Below, one piece after another: positions 11,790 to 24,780 of a stretch of DNA of 64,000 bases. A model generated the notes under the pieces. It was given only the letters and a program-made list of their open reading frames with translations. It had not been told where the DNA came from and searched no databases. Made by a program: the position numbers and the translations under genes. Source of the DNA: Stylophora pistillata (taxonomy: Eukaryota). Numbering within the stretch: the stretch's first letter is position 1; each line of letters begins with the position of its first letter. The stretch spans positions 54,011 through 118,010 of the forward strand of contig NW_019218016.1 in assembly GCF_002571385.2 (NCBI RefSeq), read 5' to 3'.

Positions 11790-13901
11790 TCCGATATGAA
11801 GGTCAAAATTAAATCTCCGGTTCCTACCGTTCAGATATGTATTTCTTGGATTAATTCTTCGGAACAAACTTGTAGATGATGTCTTTGATTAAGTTTGTCG
11901 TCTTTGAAAATAACGTCACTTCATACTAATAATTTTAAAAACTGCATGCATCAACTTTGGCGTCAAATTGAACACCAAAGCAAATATCGATTCTGATGTA
12001 AATGTCAGATAAGCTTTTACATAAATTCAAATTAATTGCTTATCGTGTGGGAAGGATTCTGCTGACAGCTACAAAAACATGCCCGCGAAAGTCTTACAAT
12101 GAAAAAAATGTCGATGAAATGGTTTACTTATAACGAGTAGAGCAGCCACTTCAGAAAAGAGATGATAAACATCTCAGATATGATTTTGTTGGTCAAAACA
12201 CTACAGTTGCCAAGGTGGTACATTCTTAAATTAATTTGTATTGTTTGGGCAATCTATTGTTTCAGCTGTCGTAAGTGCTCCAGCAATATGTTGAGACAAT
12301 AGATAAAACATTAGTCTTAATGAAAAATATTGAAATGACAAATTTTGTGAGCTCAGTTAAAAACAAAGCAATAATCACATGAAATTAACAACAAAAAATT
12401 AAAAACTCTAAAATGAGGAGGCAATATTTATTCCTATAGGAAGGCGGCCTTAAAGGACAAAATGCGGACAAATGAGCAGTTTTTTAATGGAAGTTTTGAT
12501 CAGTAAATTAGCTCAGTTTTTTTTTTCAAAACAAAACTTCACCAAATCGAAAATGGGTCCTTTCTTAGTTACAAGTTTGCAGATACTTGCTCACAAAGGT
12601 GGAACGATAAAAATTATTAATCAAAAAACAGAAATTGCAGTAAAACAGAAATCATTTATATTTGTGTCGAAGTAATTTACTCAACAAAATAGGGAAGGGA
12701 AAAATAAGTCGAAGGTTGTCTAATCTCTATCACTCTCCACAAAACCTACACAAAGGTGATTTACTTTTCTTGATTGTCAGTTACAGGGGATTTTTTTTCG
12801 CGTATTCCATAATTCAACAAAAAGAGAAAAATAGCTTGCAGTTGCAAACAAATTTATATTTTGTACCTTAAAGATATTTAAAGGCAAAATAATTCTCTTC
12901 TTAAGGGATGCTTAGCCATAAACGAAAAATGCAAAGTCAGTTATTTCGTTTGAAAAGCATTATTCGAACGAAATTTAACTGACTATTTTTAGGTAGTAAG
13001 TTTGGCACTTTGACACCTCATGTCTAACAACAAAAGTAAACAATTGGATCAAAAGCTAGTCTACATTAATTTTTGCAATTTGTTTGATTGATAATGTTTT
13101 TAAAACGGCCGAGGAAACTGGTAGATGTCTCCGAGGGATTTTCATGGCACACTACATTATAAATAAGAATAATTTTGAGATTTAGTTACACGATATGTTC
13201 TCTCGAAGATGAAATTGTTTTTTTACACTTTCTAGTTAAACTTTAATCAGGTAAACATGTTTTCTGTTATCGCGCGGAGGAACCGTTTATTATTCTCTTA
13301 GTTCAAGTTTGTTTTAGAATGCGTTGTAAATGTATTTAAGGAATCAGTACTAGTAAAGTCGGATGTCATTATCGGCAGAACGCGGAAACCGACCTTTCGG
13401 AGAAGTTACGAACTATTTTTGTATAAACACCCCAGGGTTCAAGGAGAGATGAATAGATGGCGAGGCAACCCGTGAGTTTGTGTCAGTGATGATTGAACTA
13501 TACCCCAGCAGTGCACTTAACTCAGTCCATGATATATTGTGTTGCTTAGGAGTCCCTCCATTGTAACGATTACCTTATGAAATAAAGTTGAATAGACAAC
13601 TGGTTGAGTTATACGTTACCAATTCGCCAATATGGGTCCAACAATATTGGACCATTTTGCACAAACAAAAATTTAAGAATAAGTGGCAGGATTTAACAAT
13701 GTTATGCTTAGCGTACCCGGTTGACAGCCTCGGCAAAGGAGGTTGGTCTCGACGCGCAAAGCAAAATGGGATTACTTTATACTTTCCTTGTGGTGTACAT
13801 GTAATGCGAGAAATAGGTCAGCAGAAACAATATGAAACCAGTGACGTTTGTAAAGGTCATGAACAAGTTTCTCATTTGCATTTCAATCTACGATATGACT
13901 G

Positions 13902-16900
13902 TTATGGACATTCCCATGAGGTCACTAGGTTCCATACTCCTGATCCAATCTTTTTGTGTAAACCTTTCGCTGATGCTGAAACGAAAGAAAAAAACAAAAA
14001 CACTGAAACTAAAGTCCACTGACACGGGGATTGCTAACGTAAGAGACGCATGGCATCTTTGAATACTCTGTTTCAGAAAATGATAGAAGGAAAGAAACGA
14101 GAAAATAAAAAAATTCAAACAGCATGTAGTCTGCAACTTCCATAGAATATTCTGATTTCTAAGGAAAGAGGCCACAAGGAGTTTTGCTATTCTCTCTGGG
14201 TAAAATTCTGTACACAGTCTATCACAGGGTACCCTCCAAGTACTGGTACGATTTCCCAGACAGGTCCACCCATAATTACTCCCTAGTGTAGATATGCAAT
14301 GCTTGAGTCTTTCCCCTAAGACACTAAACCCGATTATAACATAACCAAAGTAAAGCGCACGCCCTGATTGGTCAATTCAGCGTCCACCATTTGCCCATGG
14401 GTGTACGCTGCTGACGTGAGCAAATGCAAAGAGTAGTTTTCCGCGCGCGCTTGTTTTTTTCTGGTCACGTAAAATTTGTTAAATAAAAGAAAACTCTTCT
14501 ACTACAGTGTATCAATGTTATGTTATAAAACAAATGGTAAACGCCACAGCGTACACTATTGAGTTATGGATGCACTTGGGAGATTGCTAAGCACTCAAGA
14601 AGCTAGAGTCGCTCTCGGCTATCGCCTCGCGTGACTCTTACGCTTCTTTCGTGCTTAGCAATCTCCTGCATGCATCCTTAACTCAATAGTGTATGCTGTG
14701 GTGTTTACCATTTGTTAATTTTAATCCAGATATCAGAGCTCCAGCCTCTAACACAGCTAATCATTATTCCCAAAATAACGACAATGAATTATTAAACTTA
14801 CCTCCATATGAGACTGATCCATCAGTTTTCGTAGCAATGTACAAATGTTCGGGTAGATCAGATTCGAGCTTTCCAGGAACTAGTATAGCAGGTACGAAAT
14901 CTCTGGAAAACGATTCCCGTTTCCATTCCTCGGGCATAATACCAGTCCAAATAACTTTATCCCCACTCACTACATGGCATCGATTATCTGTTGCCACGGC
15001 AAAAATCCTTTGATACAATCCACGAACAGTCATCCCAGAAATCATTTTTACTCGCGGATCTAGCCCTGAGGGTAAAAATGTATGCTTTGCGTTTCAGAGT
15101 GGCAATAAAATAAAATACATTGGACTACTTTAACGAGAAAACATTTCTTACACATACCAATCCATTGGACGCCATCATTTGAAAAATAACACGAAGGTTC
15201 CAAATCACTAAAGGAGGATGACAGAAAGTAAAGAAAACTGACTCGGCTTTATTGTAACATTACTGAAGAACTTATATTTAAATTAACAAGCAAGAGATCG
15301 TAGTCAGTTGCTATTAATTTAGGTACCTTTTCTTCTCTTGGCAGAGGTACACTTCGTCAGATAACGGATTCAACAGAAATCCTCTTTGAGCATCTAACAA
15401 GATCGATATAAAAAGAAATATTCTTACAAATATACCAAATATGATTTCACAATTAAACTCTTTATTTCTTACTAATTTTCGAATTCGTTACTATAAGCAT
15501 TACTGACGAAGCCTCAACCTTTAGGTCAACTCCCCATATCATACCCAAAAAATTTCAAATAATTAATTTACCAAAGTTGGCCATATTTGACTACCTTCTC
15601 TCACTGTGAAGTTTATCGTTACGGACTGTATTGAGCTGACGAACATCTTGGCGGCATCATTTGCCATGCGTTGTTCATACAGAATAAAGCTTGGTACAGA
15701 CAAGAAGTATTTTCCAACAGATAGCACACGTTTAGGATCAATTTGAACCGTGATGTTAATTTGCTTTGATGACACGGGCTGAATTTCTCCAATCTGACAA
15801 ACAAAAAAGTAGGAGATTTTAGGTATATGTGTCTTGTGCATTCGATTGTATCATAGGATCTGTGCGCTTTTGTCATTACTTTGCGCTTGAATGATAAGAT
15901 TAAAAAGCGCTAATTTATGACGATACGATAGGATATGAGAAAAATGACTAGCAGCTATGGAAGATGTTAAGCTATAACAGAGCAAAGAAATCTGACCACG
16001 TAACAGCAGTCCTCATGGCAATGCAGTGGCTACCTATTAGGCAACAACTCTATTACAGAAATGCTGTAATAGCATTCAAGTACATGACTGGTTGCGCACC
16101 CGATAGTTTAAATGAACAGTTCATTAAACGTTCAGACTTATCAACGCGCACCACAAGAAATTCACAGAAATTTCAGATTCCTCTCCTAAAGACTGCTACA
16201 GGACAGAGAACCTTCTACTTTAGAACTGTAAAGATTTGGAATGCGCTAGATCCCTCGCTCAAGTTAAGCAAAACACTACAAGAACTTAAAAGGAAATCAA
16301 AAAACATTTTAATAAAAGACTTCATGGATAGTAAAGTGATATAATTGTGTAATATACTATATAAATAATATAATGTGTTTTTTTATGATATGGTTTTTAG
16401 CATGTATTCTCTGAAAAGCACTTTCAGGNNNNNNNNNNNNNNNNNNNNNNNNNNNNNNNNNNNNNNNNNNNNNNNNNNNNNNNNNNNNNNNNNNNNNNNN
16501 NNNNNNNNNNNNNNNNNNNNNNNNNNNNNNNNNNNNNNNNNNNNNNNNNNNNNNNNNNNNNNNNNNNNNNNNNNNNNNNNNNNNNNNNNNNNNNACGATT
16601 TAAAAATAACTGATCCTAGAGCTATTGATCCTAGACGCGTGTCATACACGAACTTCGTAATGGCCTTACTCGCTAGAGAGTCTCCGTGACTCAGCAGTAG
16701 AGCATCGGAGCGCGGAATCCGATTACTCATGGGGAATCAGATTTTTTTATTTGTCCCACGCTCGTTACAAGACGAAAAATATGTCTTTTATTCAGGAATT
16801 GATGGACTCTTCTTCTTCTGAGACTGCAATGACTTGAGTTGAGCTCATTAAACTAAAAGCTCTAACGATTTCAGTCAAATGGCTTTTAAAAGGCACATTA

Positions 16901-19900
16901 ATATTTATGAAAGACAATCCTTGTACAAATACTTTTAGTCGAGCTTTTCAGTCATAGTAATGTAACAAAACTATGAATCCAAGTCTCTCGTAAATAAGCC
17001 TTACGTATTACTCTCATGCGCTTACCTTAATATTATACTCTCCAGGGTAAGGATTGGACACATTTGTCAAAGGCACGTGACTTAGCATACTCGCGTAGTA
17101 AGGAAGAGTCCAAACCAATAGTGTATCAAAGGCAATATCTCGTGAGAAAAAGTCGTGCGATAAAATTACTGTAAATGTTACCAAGTCACTGTGAAAGGAT
17201 AAAAGGGCGGAATCAATGATTTATATTGAAGAAAACTTAATTTATTGGTTACAGGAGAACGGATGTGATCCAACATCAAGTAATAATTTCACTCACTTTT
17301 GAAACAAATTGCTGTCATCGCATATTGAAACAGCCTGTTTTATTATTGGTCTCCTTTCTGCGAAAAGAACCAGAAATTATTGCTATATAAATTACACGGT
17401 ATAAAGATACCTTAGACTTCTAACTCCCGTGATCCATTTCTCCCTGTTTCTCAATCACTAATTATTTTGTCGTATAGATGTCGTTTTTACTCTTTTTCCC
17501 TTTCTTTGTACCTTTTTTTCTTCCTTCTTCTTTCAGGGCCTTGAGCCGGGCCGTGTGTCCTTATGCGGCCCTTAATGCGCCATCACACAAGGCTTTCATA
17601 CAGAAATACTTCTTTTTTCTCTTTAATGTTTACAATGAGAGCGGGCGCGCGAGGCTTTATGGGTAATGTAAAAATGCTCGTAAACACACACCTCTCACCA
17701 GGACCTTCACAACACGAGAGTCGCTCCCAGCGACGTTTGACGCATTACAGGTATAGAGCCCTGCGTCGGATTGTTTGATCGAGGAGAACTCAAGACTTGT
17801 ATCGTTATGGACCTGTTTACTGTCGTCCTTGTACCAGCGGACTGCTGGTGAAGGATAGCCGCGAACAGAGCATTGAAGAGTCAGGGAATCTCCTGTGACA
17901 ACTTCAAATAGAGAACTGGAGCCCTTGGCGATGGTGGGGGGTTCTGAACAACAAATGAAAATTTTATGTCGGAATAACTTGTCAATAGAGTATTTCTTCA
18001 AGGACTGCGAGCGCGTTATTACAGTACATGTATTCCCCTCTTCGGGAACACTGAAAGCACAGAGCCCCTTTAGGGTTACAAGTTCTCCTATGCTTTACTC
18101 CAGAATAACCCCGAAAGAGCAATCAGTAATTAGCCTCTAATTTAATCCCATATCCAAGATTCGTCATTTTGAGCTAAACATTTTCCGGATTGTGCTAATG
18201 CAAGAAAACATCGTATTCTCTTGACTCATGCTCTCTTGGCTCATGCGATTTACACACCGCCGACCGGCCAAAGTACACAGTCACGTGACTGTTTTTCGCC
18301 AAACAAGTATATGTATTGTGGACAACTATGAACTGCTCTGTGTTACCGCCAAAACTCCTCAATGGTCTGTCGTGAACCAACCTTCAACTAAAACTGTGCC
18401 GAGAGATGAGCCAGCGTTTGACTTTCGGTTTGGTAAACAATTGAAATCTAGTATTTCCTCCATCTGAAAATTAAAATTGTGATAAATTAATGGTCGGCAT
18501 TTAAGACCGATAGTCCGTAAATATTTCCAAAGTCTCATTAGTTTCGCCAAACCCTTTTAAATTGTCGCGAAATCCTCCTAAGTTGTGGACAACACATTTC
18601 TTAGTTGTCGCAACCAGGTCGAACAGGCAGGTTCCCCGATTTTGCCAAATTTTGCATGTAAACTTGCTTAGGGGTTCTAATCACTAAATGGATAAATTAT
18701 TTATTTCATTGTCTTTTTTTCTTTAATTTGTTTGCCCTCGAGACAATCCAAAACGGAAACCCCTTTTAGAACAGCATTACCCTCACGCATTTTCTTTTCC
18801 GACAAATTAATTATCAACCGAAAGATTTGGATTATCTGCTACTGTAATCCTCAACATGAACCTGAAGCCAATCCTTTTGAAGTATGTTTATCGGTAATTT
18901 TCTACCAGCTAGTTCAAGTTTCGACGCTTTTAATGTCACTAACGGTTTTGTTAGTTTCCCCAGACGTTAGCGGGATCATTTCACATGAATATATAATTAC
19001 CTTGATTTCATAGGCGCCACCAACACTGGGGGCGGTATATGTCTGAGAAAAGTGCTTTTCCTGGCAATCCAGCTGAGATTTCCTTATGGTTGCAAGACAT
19101 ATGCTCATGTTGAAGAGATTCAGGTACACTTGGCGTACGCAAGTCGGACAATAAAACGAAGGTGTAAGACAATATTTGTAGTAACCTGTGAAAATTGATA
19201 TCAGCTTAATTGCATTTGGAGGCCTTTTGAGAGGCACCAGAAGACAACAAGCATGATTTGCCTTTTGGCTGCAAACTTTCCGTCGAGATTAGTTGCTAAC
19301 TTTTCTGATAAACTTTCAGTTCAAAGAAAACAAATTATTTATAAATTACTGAAAGATAAACTTAATAAGGCATTTTGCTTCAGGAAACCACCGTGGCGCC
19401 TTTTAACCCTTCATTCGAAGTTCCTTCAGACTGCATCGTGAGAACTTTGCAGACAAGCACGAAAAAACTTGTCGTGCACAGACTGCCACCGCCATTTTAT
19501 CAAATATTATTTTATTGCTATTAGCTAAAAGCACACTCAGATATATTGGCACATGAGAAGTTTGTAAATAGCACTCAACATTAACCGAGCAGGAGGTCTG
19601 TATGGGAGAATCTTGACCGAGGTCGTCAGTACAGACCGAACTCAGTGAGGTCTGTACCAGCGACCGAGGTCAAGATTCCCCCATACAGACCGACCTAGCT
19701 CGGTTAATAAGATGTTTATTATATGGCTGTGTCTTATATGCCAATTTTTTATATTCTTTGTACCTTTTTTTTTCTAGACCGGTCTAGATGCCGGTCTAGA
19801 TAAGAAAATCTAGACCGCTTTCAATATTGATTTCAGCCAATCAAATTCATGAATTCGGTAGTTCCCAGTCCTTGTGAGACACAGCCATATAATAAGCTAG

Positions 19901-21313
19901 TATATCACTAAGCAGAACCTCGGGCAACTCTAACACTTCTCTTGTACTCCCCAAACTTCTCAAAATACGAAGGCGAGAAATGAACAAATATTTTTTAAAT
20001 TTTATGGGCTACCAGATTATCAAAAAAAAAAAAAGTCGACGTACCTTTTATTGTTACCAACTCTCCACGCTGTGCTTGAAGAATAGTCGTTCCAGTCAAT
20101 GCATACTCCTTGTCGGACTTCCCTGTGAACGTACGAAGGAGTAATCAGCATGAGGCTCAGTTAAAATATCATATGCATGAAGGAATAAACTCAAAAGAAA
20201 GAAGATCTGTCCAAAAAAATCTAAATTCTTTTATCTTGTACCCTTTTTGTATCCTTTCGTGTTCTTAGAGCGGAAATCTTTTGTACGATTAAACCAAAGC
20301 TAAACAATGGACGTTTTTGTACTTTTTCAAATGCCTTTTAATTCTAGATGTTCAGCTACAAATAATTTCAATTTTCAATAAGTTTATTATCCAAATGACA
20401 GCCTCTCCTTTAATCTAGTACTTCATTAAGAGAAATCTTCAATTCTGACCAACAATAACCACGTTGGTATTGTGGCCAAATTATAAATACATTTCTACTG
20501 CATTGAATTAACGTACAAAGGCCTGGCACTGATGGATAAAAATGGGCTTATCACGCCATGAAACTCCTTCATTAATGTTTTTCCCTGAACCGTGGTGTGG
20601 ATGGTAATATGGCAGTAACAGTTTCTATTTGCTCTTCGTTGGACATCTCCCTCTTGCTACTCAGAATTTGAACTTAGCAACGAATGATAGAAAATTTCTT
20701 CGGTTGGTGTTGGAAAGACCGTAAGCAATTTTCAAGGACTCGATTGACACACTTGTGATGGTCTCTCAGAAAAGGCATGTTTGATATACGTTTCGGCAGC
20801 TGATCTTCGACCTTCAAAACTCCATATTCCTAACAATTTTACCAGAATTTGAGAGCACAAGGTAGTCGCATTGAGCAAGATGAGGAATAACCACTTTTAA
20901 AAAAAAATAATCAATGATCGTGATCTAGTTTGAACTTTTGACGTAACTTTTTCAAAAAAACACAAAATCGAGTTAGTGTCTCAGAATTCAGAGGGCATTT
21001 TGAAATGATTCATCCGCTTCGCTAATGAAAAGTCAATAAACAGAGAGAGGAAAATTTTACACGTTGTCAAGCTTACGCTTAGAAAAACAGCTTGCACATA
21101 ACACAAACTTGGAATATGAAAATTCGTTTCCCTATGACAAAAAAGGTAACTTCCTTTGAATGCCCTGTTTAGGAAAGTCATGAGAGCATTAAGATGTGAT
21201 TTCTTATCATTTCTAAATTCGTTGAATCGGAAAACTAACTGCTTACCTTGTATTGTGAGCAGCAGAATGACTTTTACAAACAAAAGTAGTCTTAAAATTG
21301 TCCTAGACCGCAT
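13902..21313 (-). CDS. Secreted Ig-domain protein, 12-exon model, ~513 aa
   Basis: Phase-compatible GT-AG exons: 21313-21247 (signal peptide MRSRTILRLLLFVKVILLLTIQG), 20122-20045, 19185-19001 (CPTCVRQ), 18463-18382, 17943-17692 (Ig domain: LQCSVRGYPSPAVRW...DAGLYTCNASN), 17357-17297, 17188-17026, 15793-15595, 15393-15327, 15207-15158, 15065-14802, 13975-13902 (ends WNLVTSWECP-stop). Total 1542 nt with an open frame. The 15595 donor is the least certain. Confidence 0.78.
14529..14716. mobile_element. Fold-back MITE-like palindrome (intronic)
   Basis: Long terminal inverted arms, AACAAATGGTAAACGCCACAGCGTACACTATTGAGTTA versus TAACTCAATAGTGTATGCTGTGGTGTTTACCATTTGTT. Confidence 0.85.
15964..16428 (+). 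mobile_element. 5'-truncated LINE (L2/CR1-group) ORF2 C-terminal fragment
   Basis: Encodes DHVTAVL..MQWLPI...KTATGQRTFYFRTVKIWNALD, typical of non-LTR retrotransposon ORF2 ends. It runs into the gap and is antisense within an intron. Confidence 0.88.
16429..16594. other. Assembly gap (N run)
   Basis: Run of n characters. Confidence 1.
16620..16790 (+). mobile_element. Degenerate tRNA-related SINE-like repeat
   Basis: CTCAGCAGTAGAGCATCGGAGCGCGGAATCCGA...TTTGTCCCACGCTCGTTACAAGACGAAAA, recalled as a common coral repeat. The B-box is deleted. Confidence 0.6.
19578..19893. mobile_element. Palindromic MITE-like repeat with a second inverted pair
   Basis: ATTAACCGAGC...GGTCTGTATGGGAGAATCTTGACC versus GGTCAAGATTCCCCATACAGACC...GCTCGGTTAAT, followed by ATATGGCTGTGTCT versus AGACACAGCCATAT. 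Confidence 0.75.
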
Positions 21314-21877
21314 TGTACCTCAGAAAACAGACCTTGCAGTGGTGAAAATTACTTTTTTTGTTTTTCCCTACATGCTACGACGCAACATCAAACAGAGACC
21401 CGCTCACTTTTGGTTTTCTTTACCCTGTTGGCAACATGTATCATTGATCGTTGCGCATTATGAATTAGCAGTAAAACACCCGGCCAATGAAACACAAACA
21501 CAGATGCGCATTTGTATAATTTTTAATGAAATTTTCTTTGTAAACGATGATACCGAACAATAACAATCTGTCTTAATTCGTGTTTTCCTCTGCACAAGGA
21601 AGCTACTGTTTTATACTAGCTCGTTAAAGCCTAAACTGACTTTGAATCTAAACCCAACCACTCTTAACAAAAAAGGCTGTTTTTTAACGTATGAAAAAGG
21701 TTTCTGTTGATTTTTAAAAAATATACTTGTGTTTACTTTGTTTTACATTTGCTTCACTAGGCTCGGCTTTGTCGACTTTTTGTTTACGCGATTTTCTTAC
21801 AAGCGTAAATGACTTCTTGCCTGACAGGCTTGAACTAGATCGGACAATTAAATAACGTCACGAAAAAGAAAAAGTGA

Positions 21878-22330
21878 TATAACCGTGGAAACTTCGAAAT
21901 AGTTGGTATTTATGGATATCATTCCAACTGCAATAAAATTTCGCGGAATTATCATCAAGCGGAAGCTCAAAGTGTTCGAAAGAAACTACACATGGTTTTG
22001 CATTTACTACATGAAAATGAATTAAAATCTCAACACTGGCTGGATTTTCAAAAGATTTACATGAATATGAAGCTCGAAAAAAATGTGTCGCCCAAAATTT
22101 TGAAGATTGACAAGTTGGCTCCAAGTCACGTTTTTAGCTGTTTTCTGAGGAGTAAGAAAAATGTTAATCGTTTGGATCCCGGCAATTACCCGAATGATCG
22201 GAGGCTGTGTCTAAGAAAGATCGCCGTCGAATATAGGTACGAGATAAGAAGGACTGTAAAAGAGGCACATGAGGTCAAGGTCGATGGGAAATTGAAAGTA
22301 AAAGTTGAATTTCTGGCGACCACAAGATAG
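21878..22330 (+). CDS. Uncharacterised 150-codon open frame (112 aa from ATG 21992); possible gene or exon
   Basis: Stop-free frame. Its paralog at 31790-32162 conserves the peptide blocks LDxQKIY, KILKIxxLAP and RLDPGNYP despite nucleotide divergence. No family recognised. Confidence 0.45.
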   Translation, partial: YNRGNFEIVGIYGYHSNCNKISRNYHQAEAQSVRKKLHMVLHLLHENELKSQHWLDFQKIYMNMKLEKNVSPKILKIDKLAPSHVFSCFLRSKKNVNRLDPGNYPNDRRLCLRKIAVEYRYEIRRTVKEAHEVKVDGKLKVKVEFLATTR

Positions 22331-22655
22331 GTCGGATACGATCACCGACAGCTGAAAATAAGACAGAAAATAAATGTGGATTATTTACCCTAGTTTTCTG
22401 TCGGTGAATATTGTTGCCAGAATACATTAACTCAAGACCCTCGTCTTGAAATATTTACAAAGTACACATTTCTAGAACATTCTGGAACTTTGTGCGTCTA
22501 CTGATATCAGGTCACCTGCTCATACGAGTTTCCCACGCGCGAGTTTTCGTGTCAAGTCTTGATTGGTCAGCAAAGTGCCATTTAAAAAACCAAACGATTT
22601 CAGTCAACTCATACTACGGCTGAGAAACAAGTGTGCTTAACGCTTTTAAGTTACA

Positions 22656-22927
22656 ATGGAGCACGACATTTATGATGTACTGATGGCGATGTTGACAGTT
22701 CTACCACTGTGCATGACAGCCACTACCCTCGTATGCATTCCTTATATCTTGTGACCAATATATTCACTCTCCCGCGAGAAGATCGTGCGCGCCGGGTATA
22801 GTTTAACAATCATCGCCGGAGAAGAAACAGAAGAAGGAATGCCATAAGGCGTGCAAGTGAAAATCTCTGCGCCCATTCACCGTTGCGACGGCGCCCTACA
22901 CCTCAGGAACATGACGAACTCTTCTAA
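22656..22927 (+). pseudogene. Disrupted paralog of the small membrane-protein gene at 33210-33497
   Basis: ATG and a hydrophobic stretch, then a frameshift near 22745 and an in-frame TAG. It ends RRRRNRRR...SENLCAHSPLRRRPTPQEHDELF-stop, versus SENLTATSPLRQRPRPQENDEPF-stop in the intact copy. Confidence 0.8.
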
Positions 22928-23946
22928 CAACTGGTAGGAAATGAACAAGTATTGACGAAGAAAATAAAAAACAAGTTCTGTTCGATTAACACTGCTCATC
23001 TGATCTTTAGTAAATCGTTTTTTGCCCTTTCTTTCAAATGATAGGTCTGACTCAATATACCTCGTGGCTTTAATTCTCCTCAAAATTGAATATCGTAGAA
23101 TATCTCTTAATAAGTTAAAAATGGTAAATGTTTATTAAACAGAGGCAAAAAACCATTTTATAGTCATTAAAATAAATAAGTAAACATGAATTTAATATAG
23201 CTCTATTCTAGCAATGAAAGACACTAGAACTTTGACAAACCTTCCTCAAAGTGCGGCAGAACAGCCACTGACATAAAGAAAGACACGGATTGTCAAGATA
23301 GAAGGTCAAAATTTACTATTAGATCGACAAAATATAAACAAATTCAAGTGTAAATCTAATAGTTTAACAACTACAAGTTGACCTTTTCGTTATTTCATTG
23401 TTTTTCAGACACGAAGCGAACTTAAAATTTCGATGAATTTACAATTACGAGGGAATCCCTCCCCAGACTTGTAAAAGTTGTACCAACATTTACTCAAGAT
23501 AAGTTAATAAACTGTTTTTTCAAGTAACGTACTTGACAACTTCTTGTAATGTATTGTTCATCGTGGTACCAATTGTGCGATTTGAAATCTAGCATGTCAG
23601 ATTCGCATGTTTTGGCAAAACTTAACCACGCAAATTTAATACCTTGCGAAATGAAGTTCACAAGATTTCTGCATCCATTCGGTGTTTTCGAACCCTTTAC
23701 GCGTGTCGCCGTTTTCCCTCAAGGCCGTTGTAGTAGACAGTTTAAGAACATCGCTCGAACGTGAGAGAATATTTGAGAGCTTATCAACTTCTTGATTTAA
23801 ATTGACACGAAAGACAGGTGCACGCAGCACGTGGACCACTGCATGTCTATTGTATCTAGTATTTAGGGACTAAAGATTGCAACCAACCAACACAGCTGTT
23901 TTAATAGAAGGAAAACTAGTTTTTTTAAACTAGCATGAGCAATCAT

Positions 23947-24035
23947 CTGTATACAAAGCTTTTCTCCTGTCTGCTGGAACGACTGCTCTCGTTTTCTCCG
24001 GACTACCTGCTGATCGCTTTAACTCAACAAGACCC
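23947..24035 (-). pseudogene. Dead copy of CNBD exon 34897-34759
   Basis: Same acceptor context (TTTGTGTTT(C)CAG|GGNTCTTG), CGA changed to a TGA stop at codon 4, internal deletions, and the donor GT changed to AT. Confidence 0.85.
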
Positions 24036-24330
24036 CTGAAACACAAATAATTTTTTTTATTCTGAGGATCTTTTAAGTATTTAGATGAAAAAAACATGAC
24101 TGTTGAAAAATGAGTACGCTAATATTTGGGCCAAGCAGTGAGAAGCGTTTTAAGAAGCGTTTTGAAGTAGAGTCTAAAGAATACAACTAAAAAGTATGAC
24201 TTGAGTTCTCCGTTGCAAAATCATGCCTTTCTGTATTTATTTACATATTTTCCTTTTTTTTCCTATTTTTTCAAAAATGGAAATGGTATTTGTTCCCTTT
24301 TTTATGTCCAGGCCCCATCCCAGAGCTATA

Positions 24331-24780
24331 CAAGTCGTCTCAGCACCACAGGATAGGTGTCGTTGCTACAGATGATGCAAATGTTTATAGTTCCATGTGC
24401 TGATTGGTCTCGCGAGAAAAATAGCGAGACAAATATGGTGATTATCGCGCTATTTTGTGTTTTTTTACCGCTGCAGCCATGTATCACTAGTTTACATTAG
24501 ATGGCGACCATTTTCTTTGTGTATGTGCCAAACCTCTTTGAGTTACATAAATTGGCTCGGATTTAGAGAAGTTTTTCTCCAAAATGGCCCTTTAGGCACA
24601 CTCCTTAATTGCATGAAATTCCACAGATTTCATGACACCTAGCAAATGTTTTTTCCCCAGATCACATGCAGAATCATGTACCATATGCGAAAATTCACAG
24701 TCATTGCAACAAATCTGTCATGAGGTATTTTGTTCTCAAAATTGTCAAAAATTCCCCACACTAGCCTCGGGTATCACGGT
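24331..24780. repeat. Dispersed repeat, copy 1 (probable DNA-transposon relic)
   Basis: Matches 26974-27130 and 27410-27675 (GGATAGGTGTCGTTG..., CCAGATCACATGCAGAATCA...). Confidence 0.8.

Larger units (their letters stand above)
21850..24050. repeat. Diverged direct duplicate of ~31790-34910 (intron plus one exon of the CNBD gene)
   Basis: Collinear matching blocks: 22030-22310 with 31825-32160, 22311-22365 with 32765-32820, 22855-22927 with 33424-33497, and 23947-24046 with 34759-34910. Confidence 0.85.

Noticed and set aside
13588-14022. 144-aa plus-strand ORF
   Set aside because: It has a TTG start and no recognisable motif, and it overlaps the last exon and 3' UTR of the Ig gene in antisense.
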